Below are positions 60,532 to 64,000 of a stretch of DNA of 64,000 nt, in pieces. A model generated the notes under the pieces. It did no database searches, had not been told where the DNA came from, and saw only the letters and a program-made list of their open reading frames with translations. Each line of letters begins with the position of its first letter. Position 1 is the first letter of the stretch. The position numbers and the translations under genes are program-made. Source of the DNA: an archaeon (GTDB lineage Archaea > Nanobdellota > Nanobdellia > Woesearchaeales > GW2011-AR4); assembly GCA_002688925.1 (NCBI GenBank), contig NZEC01000018.1:59131-123130 (forward strand), read 5' to 3'.

Positions 60532-61962
60532 ATGGATACTTATGAATTCGTTAACAAAATTAAAAACAATGAAATAGACATTGTTGAGCATACTCATAAA
60601 GTTATTGAAGAATGCAAAAAAATAAACAAGGAATATAATTACCTTAATGTTATTTCTGAAGAGCTTGCTTTGGAGCAGGCTAAAAACATAAAAAAATCAA
60701 TAAAAAATAAAGAAAACATAAAAAACAAAAAATTGCTTGGTGTTGCGGTGTCTGTTAAAGACAGCATTTGCGTAAAAAATGTTGAAAGTGCAGCAGGAAG
60801 CAGAATTCTTAAAGGCTATAAGCCATTGTTTGATGCAACTGTAATAAAAAAAGCAAAAGAGCAAGGTGCAATTATAATAGGAAAAACATCGCAGGATGAG
60901 TTTGGCTTTGGTGGATTTTCTGTTAATGTTGGTTTAAGCTTTAAAATTCCTAAAAATCCTTTTGACAAGCAAAGAAGCTGTGGTGGAAGTTCTGGTGGAA
61001 CAGCAGGTATAACACAAAAAGCTTCATTCCCACATATTGCTTTAGGAGAATCAACTGGAGGAAGTATTGCAGAGCCATCATCTTTCTGCGGAGTTTTTGG
61101 ACTATGTCCGACTTATGGCCGTGTTAGCAGGTATGGATTGATTGATTATGCCAACAGCTTGGATAAAATAGGCCCAATGGGAAAAAGTTTGCAGGAGGTT
61201 GCATTATTGCAGGAAACAATCTCTGGTTTTGACCAAAATGAAAGCACTACAATAAACAAACCAGCAGATAATTACACTGATTTTACCAATAAGAAAATTA
61301 AAAACGTGAAAATTGGAATCATAAAAGAAGCTTTTGAAAACATTGACAACAAAGTAAATAAAAAAACATTGGAAGGCATAAAAAAATTAGAAGAAGCTGG
61401 AGTAAAAACAGAAGAGGTTTCTTTGAAAATGCCAATAAAATACGGCTTGGCAACTTATTACATGCTCGCAACTTCAGAAGCCTCTACCAATTTAGCAAAA
61501 TATTGTGGAATGCGTTATGGTATAAGCGAAAAGCTAGAAGGAAACTTTAATGAATACTTTACAAAAGTAAGAAGCAGTAATTTTAGTGCAGAGGCAAAAA
61601 GAAGAATCATACTTGGAACTTTTGCAAGAATGTCTGGTTATAGAGATGCTTACTATATTAAAGCAACAAAAGTAAGGACAAAGATTGTTGAAGAATATAA
61701 AAAGCTGTTTAAGAAATATGATGCACTAATAAGCCCAACTGTTCCGATATTGCCACCTAAATTTTCTGAGATTGAGAAATTAACTCCACTACAACAATAT
61801 ATGATTGACGCCATAACAGTAAGCCCGAATGTTGCTGGCTTACCTCATTTAAATGTCCCAGTAGGTTTTGAAAATAATCTTCCTGTCGGAATGCTATTAA
61901 CTGCAGACCATTTGGAAGAAGGCAAATTAATACAATTAGGAAGTTTGTTTGAAAAGAATTAA
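60532..61962 (+). CDS. gatA: Amidotransferase subunit A
   Basis: VKD, GGSSGG, TGGS amidase signature; KRRIILGTF. Confidence 0.92.
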   Translation: MDTYEFVNKIKNNEIDIVEHTHKVIEECKKINKEYNYLNVISEELALEQAKNIKKSIKNKENIKNKKLLGVAVSVKDSICVKNVESAAGSRILKGYKPLFDATVIKKAKEQGAIIIGKTSQDEFGFGGFSVNVGLSFKIPKNPFDKQRSCGGSSGGTAGITQKASFPHIALGESTGGSIAEPSSFCGVFGLCPTYGRVSRYGLIDYANSLDKIGPMGKSLQEVALLQETISGFDQNESTTINKPADNYTDFTNKKIKNVKIGIIKEAFENIDNKVNKKTLEGIKKLEEAGVKTEEVSLKMPIKYGLATYYMLATSEASTNLAKYCGMRYGISEKLEGNFNEYFTKVRSSNFSAEAKRRIILGTFARMSGYRDAYYIKATKVRTKIVEEYKKLFKKYDALISPTVPILPPKFSEIEKLTPLQQYMIDAITVSPNVAGLPHLNVPVGFENNLPVGMLLTADHLEEGKLIQLGSLFEKN

Positions 61963-61971
61963 AATACAAAA

Positions 61972-63393
61972 ATGATTTCATCAAAAAACAACATCATTAT
62001 AGGATTGGAAGTGCATGTCGAAATAAACACAAATACTAAACTATTCTGCAGCTGTCCAACTAAAGGTAATGAAAAGCCTAACTCAAGAACCTGTGAAACA
62101 TGTTTAGGAATGCCAGGAAGCAAGCCTCTTCTAAATAAAAAAGCTGTTGAATATGCAATAAAATTATGCTTGGCTTTGAACTGCAAAATAAATAAAGAGC
62201 TTATCTTCTCAAGAAAATCTTATTTTTACCCAGACATGGCAAAAAATTACCAGATATCCCAATATGAAATTCCCTTAGGCCAGAATGGAAGCTTAAAGTT
62301 AAAGTCAGGAAAGGAAATTGGCATTACAAGGGTCCATATGGAAGAAGATCCTGCTGCTTTAATACACCCAAAAGGAATGCAGGAATCTGCTTATGTTCTT
62401 GTTGATTATAATAGAAGCGGAAATCCTTTGCTAGAAATAGTCACAAAGCCAGAGCTTTCAAGTGCAGAAGAAGCAAGGGATTTTATGAAGCAGCTGATAA
62501 CTGTTTTAAGTTATTTAGGAATTTTTGATATTAACAATGGTATAATAAAAGCAGATGCAAATGTTTCCATTAGGGAAAGTACTTTTGTAAAGCAGGAAGT
62601 CAAGAACATAACAGGATTCAAGGAAATTGAGCGTGCATTAAAATATGAGATTCTAAGGCAGAAATCAGAAATAAAACAAGGAAAAAAATTAATGCAGGAA
62701 ACTCACGCTTGGGATTCTGAAAAAGGGCTTACATTTTCTTTAAGGAAAAAAGAGACAGAAGAGGATTACGGCTATATTTTTGATTCTGATTTAGTAAAAA
62801 CAGAGATTACAGATGAATTATTAAATAAAATAAAAAGTGAGATGCCTGAGTTGGCTCATGATAAGATATCAAAATTTGTTTCAAAGCACAAGATAAAAAA
62901 AGAAGATGCTGAGATAATTGCAGCTGAGAAAGAGCTTGCAGAGTTGTTTGAGAAGGTTGCTAAAGCTGTTGATCCTATACTGGCTGCAAAGTGGCTGAGG
63001 CGTGAGTTGGTAAGGGTGCTTAATTACAATAAAAAAGAGTTGCATGAGATAGAGATTGATGAAAAGCATATTATTGATTTGCTGAAATTGGTGGAAGCTA
63101 AAAAAATAACAGATACTGTTGCACAAAAATTACTGGAAAAGTTGATTGAGAAGCCTTTTGATGTTAATTCTCATGTTAAAAAAGAAAATTTAGGGGCTGT
63201 TTCTGATTCTGGTAAGTTGGAAAAATACTGCAAAGAGGCAATAAAAGAAAATCCAAAAGCGGTTGAGGATTATAAGAAGGGAGAGGAAAAAGCGCTTAAT
63301 TATATTGTTGGGCAGGTTATGGGGAAAACAAGAGGAAAAGCTACTCCTAAAGGGGTTAATGAGATTATTATAAATTTAATAAATAAAGAATGA
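61972..63393 (+). CDS. gatB: Amidotransferase subunit B
   Basis: GLEVHVE, RKSYFYPD, DYNRSGNPLLEIV, GQVM. Confidence 0.95.
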   Translation: MISSKNNIIIGLEVHVEINTNTKLFCSCPTKGNEKPNSRTCETCLGMPGSKPLLNKKAVEYAIKLCLALNCKINKELIFSRKSYFYPDMAKNYQISQYEIPLGQNGSLKLKSGKEIGITRVHMEEDPAALIHPKGMQESAYVLVDYNRSGNPLLEIVTKPELSSAEEARDFMKQLITVLSYLGIFDINNGIIKADANVSIRESTFVKQEVKNITGFKEIERALKYEILRQKSEIKQGKKLMQETHAWDSEKGLTFSLRKKETEEDYGYIFDSDLVKTEITDELLNKIKSEMPELAHDKISKFVSKHKIKKEDAEIIAAEKELAELFEKVAKAVDPILAAKWLRRELVRVLNYNKKELHEIEIDEKHIIDLLKLVEAKKITDTVAQKLLEKLIEKPFDVNSHVKKENLGAVSDSGKLEKYCKEAIKENPKAVEDYKKGEEKALNYIVGQVMGKTRGKATPKGVNEIIINLINKE

Positions 63394-63397
63394 CTTA

Positions 63398-63679
63398 TTA
63401 AATTTGATTATTACGGTAATTTTGAACATGATAGTCTGCTGAATATGTTTTAACAACATATGAAATAAAAGTTCTATTACTTTTAGTCTCCCTAATACTC
63501 TGAGGAATATCCACTATAACTCCAAGATTACTTTCTAACTCACTTTTAAATTGTTCAAATTCATTAGAATCTTGGATAACTTTGTTTGAATGAGTAGTAC
63601 GGTCATGTCTAATCTCCCTAAGAATACTCCTCGTCACATGTCCTAATTCCTTTTGTTCAGATTTTAAGTTAGTTGTCAT
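63398..63679 (-). CDS. Hypothetical protein
   Basis: 93-aa ORF with TATA-like element upstream. Confidence 0.5.
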   Translation of the reverse strand: MTTNLKSEQKELGHVTRSILREIRHDRTTHSNKVIQDSNEFEQFKSELESNLGVIVDIPQSIRETKSNRTFISYVVKTYSADYHVQNYRNNQI

Positions 63680-63759
63680 GTATTTGTATGAGTGAAATAA
63701 CTCATATTTAAACCTTTCTATTATTTTACCATCATTAAGGAGTAATAATTATCTTTTAC

Positions 63760-64000
63760 CTACAAATCAACCTTTAATATCTTGCTGGCATCTTCCTTAA
63801 TCCTGCCGTCAAAATCATTTACTCTTTCGCCTTCCTGTTTTTCTGTGCTTAAGATGCTCATTAGTTCTTTGATTAAAGATTCTTCTTTGTGAGTGTCCAT
63901 TCCTTTTACTTTTACCTGGCCCAGATGCTCTTTTATTATTGAGGTTTCTGCGTCTTCAACAGATTTTGCATCTATTTTAATCTCTTCAAATTCTTTTGTT
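63760..64000 (-). CDS. 3' end of a gene, probably Mre11 nuclease (partial)
   Basis: ...KEFEEIK...IIKEHLGQ...EKQEGE...; resembles archaeal Mre11 C-termini from recall only. Confidence 0.45.
   Translation of the reverse strand, partial: TKEFEEIKIDAKSVEDAETSIIKEHLGQVKVKGMDTHKEESLIKELMSILSTEKQEGERVNDFDGRIKEDASKILKVDL

Overview
AT-rich, gene-dense archaeal chromosome segment, most consistent with a DPANN archaeon (Woesearchaeales-like; inferred from gene content, not from a marker tree). Core genes: family B DNA polymerase, topoisomerase VI A/B, GatDE and GatCAB, CDC48, ABCE1, FtsY, ScpA, prefoldin, ThyX, GlmS, Prs, pyruvate dehydrogenase E1/E2. Eight tRNA genes were reconstructed by hand. Five carry nine BHB-type introns, five of them at non-canonical positions, including a three-intron tRNA-Ile(UAU). 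Best candidates for undescribed biology: (1) an operon joining a SpeD-type decarboxylase and agmatinase with two stand-alone DUF2156 (aminoacyl-tRNA-dependent transferase-like) proteins and a FemAB-like GNAT; (2) a metal/thiol-redox membrane operon whose first two proteins both end in LPxMVGGC; (3) an aIF5A homolog without the hypusine lysine; (4) an ABCE1 missing all four ligands of one Fe-S cluster; (5) a dispersed, structured non-coding repeat; (6) gatD split at tandem A_AAA_AAG slippery heptamers; (7) several tiny Cys-rich ORFs missed by the ORF track. No CRISPR array, rRNA or transposase was seen. All family calls are from motif recognition without database searches.
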